64,000 bases of DNA. Source: Carcharhinus amblyrhynchos (lineage: Eukaryota). Both the position numbers and the translations under genes were made by a program. The stretch lies in assembly GCA_965287045.1 (NCBI GenBank), contig OZ336883.1, positions 40,176,001-40,240,000 on the forward strand, in the 5' to 3' direction. The notes under the pieces are model-generated. The model did no database searches, had not been told where the DNA came from, and saw only the letters and a list, made by a program, of their open reading frames with translations. Below, one piece after another: positions 51,433 through 64,000 of this stretch (positions are counted from its first letter, which is position 1; every line of letters begins with the position of its first letter).

Positions 51433-53785
51433 AGGGGAGGTAGTGATATTGTTGCTTGACTAGTAGTCCAGAGACCCAGGTTCAAATCCCACCATAGCAC
51501 TTGGTGGAATTTTTAAAAAACTCAATGAAACATCTGAAATTAAAAGTCATCATTGTCGATCGTAAAAATGCAACTGGTTCACAAATGTTCTTTAGGGAAG
51601 GAAATCTGGTTTGGCCTACGTGTGCCTCCAGACATACAGCAATATGGTTGAGCTTAAATGCCCTCTGAAATGGCTAAGCAAGCCATTCAGTTGTGTTCAA
51701 TTACAAAGGAAACAAAAAGGAATGAAACCAGACAGACCACCCAGCATCAATATAGGCATGGAAAATGATAATGGCAAACCCAACCCTACCAACACTGAAG
51801 TCTTCCTTACTAACATCTGGGGGCTTATGCTGAATTTTGAAAAACTGCCTCAGGCTAGTCATCCTCACAAAATCATACCTTACAGATAATGTCCTAGACA
51901 CCACCATTCCTGTTCTGTCTACACTTCCCATTGCCTTGGAAAAGCAGCCAGTATAATCGAGGATCCCACAGAACCCAGATATACTCTCTTCCACCTTATT
52001 CTGTTGGAAAAATGATACAAAAGTCTGAGGATATGTAACAACTAACTCATGAACAGATTCTTCCCTACTGCCACCAAATCTTTGAATGGACCTGCCCATA
52101 TATTAAGCTCATCTTTCTCTACAACCTGGCTATGACTATTATACTACATCCTGCACCTTCTCCTTTCCTTCTTCATGAATGGTATGGTTTGTCCATAGAT
52201 CAAGAAACAATATTTTTCACTCTATACTAATAGATGTGACAATAAAAATCAAATTAAAAATCAAATATGCCCTGTCCACCAGCAGGACAGACCCCACAGA
52301 GTGATGGTGACATAGTGGTTGGTATACAGTCAGGAGGGAGTTGCCCTGAAAGTCTTCAATATCAGCTCTAAACTCAGGAAGTCTCATGGCACCAGGTCAC
52401 ACATGGATAAAAAACCTCCTGCTGATTACCACGTACTCTTACCACTAATTCAGTACTTCTTCATATTGAACACCACTTGGAGGAAGCACCAAGGTTGCAA
52501 GGGCACGTGATGTACTCTGGGTGGGTGACTTCAACATCACCACCTAGAGTGGCTCAGAAGAACCACCCACAGACTGAGCTGGCTACGTCCTAAAAGGATA
52601 TAACTGCTAGATTGGGACTGCGACAGATGGTGAGGGATCCAACAAGAGGAAAAAACATGCTCGACTTCATCCTCATCAATCTGCCTTCCAGCAAATACAT
52701 TTGTCCATTACAGCATCAACGGGTGTGACCACCACACTGTCCTTGTGGAGACAAAGTCCCATCTTCACACTGATGATACCTTCCAACATGTTGTCTGGCA
52801 TTACCACCCAAGTTAAATGGGATAGACTTCGAACAGATCTAGCAACTGAGGACTCTGCATCCATGAGATACTGTGGACCATGAGCAGCAGCAGAATTGTA
52901 CAACCAGAATCCATAACCTCATGGCCCAGCATATTCCCACTCTACCATTATCACCAAGCCAGGAAATTAACTTTGGTTCAATAAAGAATGCAGGAAGCAA
53001 TATGAACAGCAACTCAAGGCATTCCTCATTTTGAGATATCAACCTGATGAAACTAGAACACAGGACTACTTGCATGCTATACAGCATAAACAGATGGTAA
53101 TAGGCAGAGCTAAACGTTCACCCAACAGATCAGATCTAAGCTCTGCAGTCCTGCCACATCGAGCACGAATGATAGTGATCAATTAAACTCACTGGAGAAC
53201 GAGATTCCACAAATATCCCCATTCTCAATGATGGAGCAGCCCAGCACATCAGTGCATAAGATGAGGCTGAAGCATTTGCAACAACTTCAGCCAGAAGTCC
53301 AAATGGGATAATCCATCTCAGTCTTCTCCAGATGTCCTCAACATCACAGATGTCAGTCTTCAGCCAATTCGATTCACTCCATATACCAAAAAGTAGGTGG
53401 AGGCACTTCGCACTGCAAAGGCAATGGGCCTGACAATACTCCAGCAATAGTACTGAAGACTTGAGCCGCAGAACTTGCTGTGTCTCGAGCCAAGTTGTTC
53501 GAATACATCTACAATATTGGGATCTACTCAGCAACACGGAAAACTGTCCAGGTATGTGTTGTACAAATCTAACCCAGCCGAGTATCACTCCATCAGTCTA
53601 CTCTCAACCGTCAGTAAAGTGGTCATCAATAGCGCCACCAAGTGGCACTTACTCAGCAAGAATCTGCTAATGGATGCAGAGTTTGGGTTCCACCAGGGTC
53701 ATTCCGCTCCTGACCTCATTAGAACCTTGGTTCAAACATGGACAAAAGAGCTAAATGTCAGAGAAGAGGTTAGCGTGACTGCAAT
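51433..53785 (+). mobile_element. L2/CR1-clade LINE 5' portion with tRNA-like head; nested Rex1/Babar-like 3' fragment at ~51930-52266
   Basis: B-box GGTTCAAATCC at 51479-51489; APE remnant WVGDFN; RT remnant SNPAEYHSISLLSTVSKV..FGFHQGHSAPDL. Nested piece reads TLFHL..YKSLR..RFFP..LLNG with a (aaatc) tail. Confidence 0.75.
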
Positions 53786-55159
53786 AGTGCAAAATAAGTT
53801 TGTGTGGTGCCTTAATTATGGTTAGAACAGTGTTTTAAAGTGCAAAGTATACCATTTACAGAAAGCTTACATAACATGCTCGACAATTCTGAAGTCTGTC
53901 TAGAATTAAGTGAAGCATTTTGAAACAGGTGACAAGTTTCCATCAGCATGGATGAATCGAAGCAGAAAAGGGGTAGGTTGACCAGACAGCACTAGAGCCT
54001 CCAAATGCATAACCATTTTTTGGGTGGCTTTGCAGCACTGCAAATACTAAGACATTGCAATGAGGCAAGTTAGTAATTGCATGTGAATCAAAACACTGAC
54101 TTTTCATCTAAAAAGAAGTCGCTCTTCCATTCAACAGAATGCAGAGCTTAATATCGGGAAACAAACTTCAATGTACACAGACAACATAAACACACTTGAG
54201 CAAACTCAACAACTTTAAAAAAAAATCAGCTGCACTAAATTACAAATTAGTTTCTTCACACTTCACTGTACTGCATTTTCAAATGCTTTTTCAAAGCACT
54301 GTCCCTTAAATTTAATTATGTAATTGTACAGACATACCAAGCATTACAAAAGGGGACATAGTGATGGAGTGCACCTGCTGTGCATTCAGGTCATGGTATT
54401 TAATTAGATAAATTCATAAACGCTCTTCATGTATAGACAAGCTAAGCTGGTTTCTAGACTCTTCTGTGAAATCCAAATTGGATGTCAGGCCTGAAGCAAA
54501 CTCAGTCACCAAAATAATCATTAAATTGGCACTGTAAATGGCTGCCTATCAAAGATAAGAAACCTTTATTGTATGAATCTGATAAATTGTTTGATTGCAA
54601 TATAAATGACTTGAGTAATAAGCATATTAACAAAGTGCAAAGAGAGGGAAATGCAGATTTTCATAGATTTGCCCCAGAAAGTGTAATATGAGCAATTTAT
54701 GGAAATATTTTATGGGACTGAACCCTAGTTACCACTCAAGCTAGAACTTCCATTGAAAATTATTTTTCAAAGGAGGAAAATGATCACTGATATGGTAATA
54801 AAAAATTTCTACAAAGGGACACTGGCCAGGGAAGTGGGGGATCACGCAAATGACCCAAGGGCAGGAATGAAATCACCAAACCATTCTTTTGGATTGACCC
54901 ACTGCATATCACTTTCACTAGATGAGTATGACCCAATTTAATCATCTGAAATTGTGTTTAACACATCACTCAGTTTTTTGCTACAGGCTTCATAAACTGA
55001 TTTACACTTAATTTGCCATTGAGGCAGCTTTGATGAGATCATGTACTACCATATTGTATTTCAAAAAACTAAATTACTTTGAATTCAATTATGTTGATGA
55101 GGTTAGAAAGATTATCTACTCCAACCAAAACCTTCAGAATAAAACAATTTAAGAAAGCT

Positions 55160-56550
55160 GTTCGAGTACAGCTACAACACTGGCATCCAATTGGCAATAT
55201 GGAAAATTGTACAGGTATGCCCTATACACAAAAAGCAGGACAATCCAACATGGCCAACAGCTGCCCCATCAGTCTTTTTCAATCATCAGTAAAGTGATGG
55301 AAGAGGTCATCAGCAGTGCTATCAAGTGGCACTGGCTTAGCAATAACCTGTGCATTCACACTCAGTTTGGGCTTGGGCCACTCAGTTCCTGGCTTCATTA
55401 CAGCCTTGGTTCAAACATGGACAAAAGAGCTGAAGGCCAGAAGTGAGGCGAGAGTGGCAGCCCTTGACAACAAGACAGCATTTGACCAGATATGACATCA
55501 AGACACCCTAGTAAAACTGGTGTCAATGGGAATCTGGGGCAAAATCTTCGACTGGTTAGATTCATACCTCGCATAAATAAAGACGATTGTGATGGTTGGG
55601 GGCCAATCATCTCAGCTTCAGGCAACCATCATCAGCTGCTTCATCAATGACCTTTCTTCATCATAAGATCAGAAGTAGGGGTGTCAGCTGATGATTGCAC
55701 AATGTTCAGTTGCATTCGAAACTCCTCAGGTACTGAAGCAGTCCATGTTCAAATGCAGCCAGACCTGGACAATATCCAGGCTTGGGTTGATAGCTGATGA
55801 GTAACATTCATGTCACAGGTGCCAGGCAATGACCATCCCCAACAAGATGAGTAACCACTGCCTCATGACATTCAATGGTATTACCATCGCTGAATTACAG
55901 CATCCCGGAGGTTACCATTAACCAGAAACGGAACTGGACTAACCATGTAAATACTGTAGCTTCAAGGGTTGGAGGCCAGGAATCCTCCAGCATTCAACTA
56001 CTCTCCTGTCTCCCCAAAACCTGCCCACCATCAGGTTAAGTCAGAAGTGTGATGGAATATTCTCCATTAGCTTAGAGGAGTGCAGCTCCAACAACACACA
56101 AGAAGCCGAACACTACCCAAAACAAAGCAATCCCTATGTCCCACGGTGATATACCTTACAAAGATTCACTGCCTCCATCATAGATATACAGTAGCACCAC
56201 CAGTTTCTACCAAATGCAAGATACACTTTAGTAACTCATTAAGGCTCACTAGGCAGCACCTTCCTAACCCACAACCACTGCCAACTAGAAGGATAAGGGC
56301 AACAGACACATGGTAACACTACCATGTGGAAGTTCTCCTCCAAACCACTGACCATCCTGACTTGAAAATACTTTTCCATTCCCTCACTGTCGCTGGATCA
56401 TAATCCTGGAACTCCCTTCCTAACTGCACTATGTGTAGTTACAACACAGGGACTTGAAGACAACTCACCACCACCTTCTCAAGACTATTCAGGGATGGTA
56501 CTGGCCTAACCTGTGAGGCCTATTTTCCATAAACGAATGAAAAAAAAAAG
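55160..56550 (+). mobile_element. L2/CR1-clade LINE 3' portion (RT to A-tail)
   Basis: SNMANSCPISL; SADDCTMFS..MQPDLDNIQAW; ends gaatgaaaaaaaaaa. Confidence 0.8.
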
Positions 56551-56837
56551 AAATTTAGTCTTGAAGTCCAAAATGTCAAAATTATTTACAGGAGTAAGGC
56601 TGACATTTTGAGCAGACCAATCTTTGGTTTTAGAATCAGTGATTGATTATGAATACCATCAGTAAGCATTAGTCACATCCAGTGTTCCCTGCAAAGAATG
56701 CATATGCACAAAAACCTGGAAGGTAACAAGCAACAAAAACACAACTTGTATATTCATATAGTACCTTTAATGTAATAAAATGTCCTATAACTTTTCACAG
56801 GAGCATTATAAAATAAATAAGGAGCCACATGAATATT

Positions 56838-57187
56838 AGGGCAGCCCGGTGGCAAGCACTGCTGCCTCATAGCACCAGGGACCCAGGTTCAATTCAAACC
56901 TTGGGTGATTGAGTGTGGAGTTTGCACGTTCTCCCAGTGTCTCCCAGGTTTCTTCCAGGTGCTCCGATTTCCTCCCACAGTCCAAAGATGTGCAGTTTAA
57001 GTGGATTGGCCATGCTAAATTGGCCATTAGTGTCCCAAGTGTAGGTTAGATGGATTAGCCATGGTAAACATTTAGGACTATGGGGATAGGGTGGGGGAAA
57101 GGGCATAGATAAGAGACTATCACAGGAAGTTGGTACATGCTTGATGGGCTGAATGACCTCCTTCTGCACTGTACAGATTCTATGATT
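56838..57187 (+). mobile_element. V-SINE nested in an old L2 remnant
   Basis: gggcagcccggtggc head; ctgtacagattctatga tail. Confidence 0.85.
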
Positions 57188-57702
57188 AGTTCAAATGACA
57201 AAAAGTTTGGTCAAAGAGGCAGGTGTTCAAGTTCTTTAAATGGAGGAGAGTGAAGTGGAGAGCCAGAAGGGTGTTGGGGCTGTATTCCAATCTTTGGAGC
57301 TTAGGCAACTGAAAGCACAGCCAATGGTGCAGCAATTAAAATAGAGGATTTTAATTGAGTTAACAGGTCAGAATTAGAGTGCAGATATCTCAGCAAGTTA
57401 CGGGACTGGAGGAGAATACAGAGCTAGGAAGATGGGAGACCACGGAGGATGTGAAAACACGGATGAGGATTTTAAAATTGAAACGTTTCTTGACCAGGAG
57501 CCATGCCATATCAGTGGATGATAGATAACAGGATTTGTGCAAGTTCAGATATGGACAGAGTTTTGTGTAACCTCAAGAGGGAAGAATCTGAGAAACCAGC
57601 CAGAAATGTGTTAGAATATTCACGTCGGAGCAAAATTTAACAGTACCACATTTTGAAATGATTGGCCACGTACAAAACATTACACAGAACACTGGTCCAG
57701 TC

Positions 57703-59262
57703 TCAGAGTCACAGGAGTTTACAGCATGGAAACAGGCCCTTCAACCCAACTGGTTCATTACACCCTTTTGTTTTAAAACCTTAAGCTAATCCCAATTGCC
57801 TGCATTTGGCCCATATCCCTCTATACCCATCGTACCCGTGTAACTGTTTAAATGTTTAAAAAGATAAAATTGTACCCGCCTCTACTACTACCTCTGGCAG
57901 CTTATTCCAGAGGGTCACCACCCTCTGAAAAAATTCCCTCTCTGGACACTTTTGTATCTCTCCCCTCATCTGAAACCCATGCCCTCTAGTTTTAGGCTCC
58001 CCTACCTTTGGGAAAAGATATTGACTATCTACCTTGTCTATGCCCCTCTTTACTTTATAGACTTCTATAAGGTCACCCCTCAGCCTCCTATGCTCCAGAG
58101 AAAACAGTCACAGTCTATTCAGCCTGTCCTTATAACTCAATCCATCAAGTCCCAGTAGCATCCTCGTAAATCTTTTCTGCACTCCTTCTAGTTTAATAAT
58201 ATCCTTTCTATAATAGCGTGACAGAATTGCACAATATTCCAAGTACGGCAGTACCAATGTCTTATACAACTTTAACAAGACGTCCCAACTCCTGTATTCA
58301 ATGTTCTGACCGATGAAACCAAGCATGCCGAATGCCTCCTTCACCACTTTGTCCACCTGTGACTCCACTTTCAAGGAGCTGTGAACACGTACCCCTATGT
58401 TCTCTTTGTTCTGTAACTATCCTCAACGTGCTACCATTAACTGAGTAAGTCCTGCCCTGGTTCAATCTACCAAAATGCATCACCTCGAATTTGTCTAAAT
58501 TAAGCCAGTTTTGAATCCATTTATATACCTCACCCTGGATCTTATGAGATTTAACTTTATGCAACAACCTACCACGTGGTACCTTGTCAAAGGCCTTGCT
58601 AAAGTTTATGTAGACAACATCAACTACACTGCCCTTATCTACCATCTTGGTTACCCCTTCAAAAAACTCAATCAAATTTGTGAGACATGATTTTCCACTC
58701 AAAACTATGCTGACTGTCCCTAATCAGTCCTTGCATCTCTAAATTTCTGCAGATCCTCTCTAAACATCTTCCAACAATTTACCCACCAGAGATGTGACGC
58801 TCACTGGCTGCAGTTCCCAGGCTTTTCCCTGCAGCCCTTTTTAAACAAAGGTACATTTGCCACTCTCCAATCTTCAGGCACCTCACCTGTGACTATTGAT
58901 GATTCAAATATCTTGGCTGGGGACTTGCAATTTCCTCCCTAGCCTCCCACAATGTCCAGGGATATACTTCATCAGGTCCTGCAGATTTATCTACCTTGAT
59001 GCGCTTTAAGACTTTCAGCACCTCCTTCTCTGTAATATGTACATTCTTTAAGCCATCACTATTTATTTCCCCAAGTTCCCCAACATCCGTGTCACTCCCA
59101 ACAGTAAATACCATTGAGAAATATTCATTTAGGATCTCACCCATCTCTTGTGGATCCACACATAGATGACCATGTTGATCCTTAAGAGGCCCTACTCTCT
59201 CCCTTGTTATTCGTTTGCCCTTTATGTATTTGTAGAAGCTCTTTGGGTTTTCCTTTGCCTCA
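57703..59262 (-). mobile_element. CR1 (second subfamily), 5'-truncated, with internal deletion of the RT core
   Basis: ORFs 58893..59159, 58298..58702 and 58108..58374; WIQNWL is joined directly to NLDKFEVMHFG. Confidence 0.9.
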
Positions 59263-59307
59263 TCAAGACTTGATAAATCATGAAGACTTTAATGAGTGTT
59301 AACACCA

Positions 59308-59730
59308 CAAAAACACAAAATGCTGGAAAGGCTCGGCAGACCTGACAGCGTCTGTGGAGATAGAATAAAGGCAAATGTTCCAAGTCAGGACGACCCTTCT
59401 TCAGAGTTCAACAATTTCAGACTATAACCTCTGTCCTTTTTAGTATGGTAGCTGTTGGTGATTCTGTCTTCCCATTTACACTTCCTCTAGGCACATCTTT
59501 TGTATATTCCTATCTATCTCTTTTCACCTTTCATCATTTAATTTCTCTGATCTTCCACTTTATCACAAACATTCCTGTTTGCTCTGACCCACCTTTTCTT
59601 GGCTTAAATACTTATCTTTCTAAGCACTCCACATCTGACCAAGGATCACCTTCCTGAAATGTTAACCCTGCTTCTCTCTCCACAGATGTTGTCAGACTTG
59701 CTGAACATTTCTAATACTTGTTTCATTTAA
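59308..59730. mobile_element. Penelope-like remnant with inverted pseudo-LTR ends
   Basis: atgctggaaa..ctgacagcgtctgtggaga is inverted against tctccacagatgttgtcagacttgctg; degenerate ctgac..gaaatgtt core. Confidence 0.65.
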
Positions 59731-59917
59731 GCATTCTAATCCCTACGTGACCCAATCTATATCAGTGTTTTAATTTCAAAACAATTAATCTTGTACCCAA
59801 TCTAAAAATTGGGGTAGCAATAACAAAGACCGCTTGATGTAAGAATGGCGAGAATGTCAGAAAATACCAAAAACCAGGCTGAATTTCTTAAAAGTTTGTT
59901 TCAAGTAATCCACTTAC

Positions 59918-60127
59918 CCTCCAGAGCCATAGGACCGTTTCTGATGATTTTTGGAATCGTAATAACGTTGCAACACCATACTACTCCTATTTTTCAAGTA
60001 CCCAGTCTCAATTTCTATATAATTTTCAAGGTATGAAATGAAAATGCCTTTGATCATCTTAGCCAAAAAAGTCTGCTTATCAGTGCCAAGGTCGAACTCT
60101 GATAACTTGCTTGCCAAATTTGTGGTC
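59918..60127 (-). CDS. EXOC5: EXOC5 coding exon TTNLASKLSEFDLGTDKQTFL...NHQKRSYGSG
   Basis: Within ORF 59914..60249. Acceptor ctacag, donor GG|gtaagt. 210 nt, phase 2-2. Confidence 0.96.
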
Positions 60128-60974
60128 CTGTAGGACAGAAACACAATATCACATTTATTACCTGCTCCCCAACCCTTGCCAACAGTATTCAACCAACTAC
60201 TAGATAGCATTTTTATTATACATCTTGACCAGGCAGATTTGACTTTCACATTTTCCTTCCATTTGTAATATACTTTACAGCTCGACTCACTTACAAACTC
60301 AGCTTAGCAAGCTCTCTGGAGAGTTCAGCTGAGATTTAAATACATAATTTTTGAACACTGTCATGCTTGTTTTAATTTAAAACTGTATTCCACCATTCAA
60401 GGCACAGTATATTAGTGGATTGACATGCTGTGCTACTATGCGAGTCTGGGTAATCGGTTAAAAATAAGCCTTGGAAGAATCTGGTGTTTGGGTTTTGCCC
60501 TCCAATGTACATATCACATACCATGGAAAAGTGGAAGAAATGCAGGCAAAATATGCAAATATAAAAGCAGTTAACTAGCTTTCATGTTATGAAACAGCAG
60601 CTTGAAGTGCATTCATCAACCTGAATGAAGGGGATTAATACTCAAATTTTGTAACTGCAGTGCAAGTGCTGACGTTGAAATGATTCCCCAACAAATAGCA
60701 ATAGTCATTGTTACAAGGCATCTGCAGACAAGGAAGGCTGTTTATCTTCGGTCAACTATCTGCAACGGCCTACGCATTCCACCTTGCATCTTCCAACTGT
60801 GTCATCTTAAATAAGTATTATGCTTTTATTTTTGATTCTATTGAGAAGTCCCATTCCATAAAATTGTCACGATGTACAAAGACAATCTTTGATATCAGTT
60901 TTCTTTTCAATAGTTTGAACCACTCCAACCATTTTCCTACACCTGCAGCTTAATTTGAATTATCTTTTCAGCTT

Positions 60975-61345
60975 GAGTACTGCTGAAAAAGAGAGACATG
61001 TCAAAATTTTTCATCTTGCACTCAGGACAGGTGCAAGAATGCCAAATTCCAAGACAGCAACAATTTATACTCCATGAGAAAAGGCTGCTGGTGGTTTAAC
61101 AAGTTTACTCCAATCGATTGAGAGTTTGCCATGGAAAATGAACCAGGGAACGCTCCAAAGCCATGCACGTTAGGTTGATTGGCCATGCTAAGTTGCTCCT
61201 TAGTGTCAGGGAAATTAGCAGAATAAATACGTGAGGTTATGGGGTTAGGACCTCGATGGAGCTGTTGTCAGGCTCAATGGGCCAAATGGCCTCCTTCTGC
61301 ACTGTAGGAATTCTTTAGTTCTGATGTGTCCTTTTTCAGCATCAA
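60975..61345 (-). mobile_element. Penelope pLTR remnant with nested V-SINE 3' part (61163-61315)
   Basis: Reverse complement resembles the 26100-26345 pLTR; tgctgaaaaag/ctttttcagca inverted ends. Confidence 0.55.
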
Positions 61346-61469
61346 ATTTACAGAGTAAGCAAATAGCTTGATGTTGATTTTATGTTAACAGCAATTCAGT
61401 TGTTGGCATCAAGTTTTTCAGGTTTACTTTACAATTTGAGCACAAAAAAATTAAGGCCGCCTGAATACT

Positions 61470-61795
61470 TTCAGAGATGCTGCTGTCTTTTGGATGAAAC
61501 ATTAACCAAAGCACTGACAGCCCTCTCAGTTGGATGCCAAAGATCCCATGGCATTATTTTGAAGAAGTGTGAGGGAGTTTTCCCTAGTGTCCTAGATAAT
61601 ATTTAGCCCTCAATCAACATCACAAAAACAGATTATCTGGTAATTATCACACTGTTTTTTTGAGACAGTTGCTGTGCACAAATTATCTAATGTGCTCCTT
61701 ACATTACAACAATAACTACACTACTTCAAATCTACTTCAATTACTGTAAAGCACTTTGGAATATCCCATCGTAATGAAAGCCAGATATACATATT
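61470..61795 (+). mobile_element. Deu-domain SINE (SacSINE1/AmnSINE1-like)
   Basis: tgtcttttggatgaaacatt..aaagatcccatggcattattttgaagaag..gtgtcct..atatttagccctcaatcaacatc matches the recalled Deu domain. Confidence 0.7.
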
Positions 61796-62175
61796 GAAAC
61801 TGAGTAACTTCCCACAATACGCTGAGACAATGATACAAATACTATGGAATACTGGACTGTAGAAAACACCAAGAGAAAAAGCGTCACTGCATTTTAGGAA
61901 AAATATCATTGACCTCAGCATCTACAGCACATCAACCATGCGACTGGCAAAATTACATTTTAAGCCAAAATGAGGATGTAATATTTTTTGAAGGGTACTC
62001 TATTACCCCAAACAAAAAAGGTAGCTCTTTCCATTTAAGTATTAAAAAATTCACCTCTTCCCCATCTCTTATATGAATTTCAATATGCATCATGGGAAGC
62101 AATACAATAAAGTCCTGCCTTTTGCGACTTTCTTGTTCCTGTTTTCACTTATTTGTGCTTTGTAACATATACGGT

Positions 62176-63093
62176 AACATAAGAAATAGGAGCAGAAGTA
62201 GGCCATCTAGCCCTTCGAGCCTGCCCCGCCATTCAATAAGATCATGGCTGATCTGAAGTGGATCAGTTCCACTTTCCCACTTTCTCCCCATAACCCTCAA
62301 TTCCTTTGTCTGTCAAAAACCTATCTGCCCGTGACTTAAATATATTTAGCGAGGTAGCCTCCACCACCAACGGGCAAAGAATTCCAGAGATTCACCACCC
62401 TTTGAGTGAAGAAGTTCCTCCTCAACTCCAATCTAAACTGCCCCCCCGCTTATCTTGAGGCTGTGCCCTCTAGTCCTGCTATCCTTTCTAAGCGGGAAGA
62501 ATCTCTCTACCTCTACCCTATCCATCCCTTTCATTATCTTATACATCTCTATAAGATCCCCCCTCATCCTTGTAAACTACAACGAGTTCAGACCCAGTCT
62601 ATTTAGTCTCTCTTCATAGTCCAACCCCTTCATCTCCAGTATCAGCCTAGTGAACCTCCTCTGCACTCCCTCCAAGGCCAAAATATCCTTGCGCAAGTGC
62701 GGCGACCAAAACTGCACACAGTACTCCAGCTGCGGCCTCACCAGTACCCTGTACAATTGCAGCATGACCTCCCTGCTTTTATATTCTATCCCCCTCACTA
62801 TAAAGGCTTGCATTCCATTCACCTTCTTGATCACCTGCTGCACCTGCAGGCTAGGTTTTTGCAACTCATGCACAAGGACCCCCAGGTCCCTCTGCACTGT
62901 AGCATGCTGCAGCTTTTCGCCCTTTAAATAATAATCCCTCCTACTATTATTTCTGCCAAAGTGGATAACCTCACACTTGCTAACATTATACTCCATCTGC
63001 CAGGTCCTCGCCCACTCGTTCAGCCTATCCAGATCCCTCTGCAGACTTTCCACACCCTCTACGCAATTTGCTTTACCACTCATCTTCGTGTCA
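62176..63093 (-). mobile_element. Young 5'-truncated CR1, near-identical to 23020-24003
   Basis: ORF 62577..63083 plus CR1 3'UTR and tail. Confidence 0.95.
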
Positions 63094-63596
63094 ATTAATT
63101 TGAAATAGATCTTTCACTTTACAATGATTGTTTGCAATTGTGTATGTCAGATATGTCTTAGTGATGAGGCTCTGGAATATAACAGGTGTGGTGTGACAGG
63201 CGTTAACTCTTGGAATAATTTCAGAGGGAACTAGACTAATTCCTGACGAGGACAGAAATCACATGATTATAGAATGTAAGTGTCTGTATAAATCTTTGTA
63301 ATCCTTGGTTTGCGAGACCTCCTTGGCTGCTTTCACGGGGAGGGGGGCGGGGGGTAATCGGAGCAGGTCTAATTCAAAAGCATGTTCCTCCTTAGTGATT
63401 TTGCCATTTGCAAGGTTTCACAGGAATGTAACCTCGCAAATGGCAGAACTTAACTATACTGTAATTAGTTGAAGGCAATGACTGATGCTTAAAAACATCT
63501 ATTTTTTTGAAAATGAGCCACAAATACTATTTGAAGCACGATACTTGAAACATAAGTATGATTTTCTCATAATTAAGACACATGGTAACATCTTAC

Positions 63597-63679
63597 CTTG
63601 TATATAGGTCATATAGGTTCTTTAAGTATTGCTCTGCGTCAGATCTTTTACATTCTTCTAATCGATCTCGAATAAAACT
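63597..63679 (-). CDS. EXOC5: EXOC5/Sec10 coding exon (first complete exon in window), SFIRDRLEECKRSDAEQYLKNLYDLYT-R
   Basis: Manual translation matches recalled vertebrate EXOC5 (SFVKDQLEECRKSDAEQYLKNLYDLYTR). Acceptor gtttag, donor AG|gtaaga. 83 nt, ends in phase 2. Confidence 0.95.
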
Positions 63680-64000
63680 CTAAACACATATGCAAAAGGC
63701 AATTATTTCCAACTCTAGGATTTTGAATACATAATTTGTGATCACCTAGTGACAATAAATTGATTGCAGCACATAACTCAATCACATCACCAATGAAAGT
63801 ACACAGCAAATAATCACGTCTGCAACAAGTGTAACTAAAAACAATGAGTACTCAATGCTTGAATTTACTTTTGAGAAACAAATTAGTTAAATGCCTTGTT
63901 AAACAACAGTACTGATGCATCAGAAACATTTCAGGCTAATTACGGGTTGGCAATGTGTCACAAAAGGTTTGAATGTCAACAAGATTCCCAGGCCAAATTT

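Noticed and set aside
63241-63270. CTGACGA..GAAA hammerhead-like core
   Set aside because: No convincing stems I-III and no PLE context.

Overview
Eukaryotic, CpG-depleted, repeat-rich vertebrate DNA. The repeat landscape (HE1/V-SINE-type tRNA SINEs, Deu-domain SINE, CR1, Penelope) points to an elasmobranch, probably a shark. The only host gene is the 3' half of EXOC5 (exocyst component Sec10) on the minus strand: nine coding exons from 63679 down to the TGA stop at 36328. All have GT-AG boundaries with consistent phases, and a probably long 3'UTR follows. Positions 1-29 kb are intergenic; by vertebrate synteny (recalled, not checked) this is likely the OTX2-facing gene desert. It holds a G-rich satellite with a 1734-bp higher-order repeat, a CR1 that keeps its 5' end, many SINE/LINE/PLE/Gypsy remnants and several TE-free blocks resembling conserved enhancers. 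Most interesting: (1) a 272-bp U2-snRNA-headed retroposon with 9-bp TSD and tandem hairpins (13724-13995); (2) two TSD-flanked mini Penelope hairpin elements with hammerhead ribozyme cores; (3) a tandem triplication of an EXOC5 splice donor; (4) an initiator tRNA-Met copy abutting a SINE in the last EXOC5 intron. Most ORF-track entries are spurious or TE-derived.
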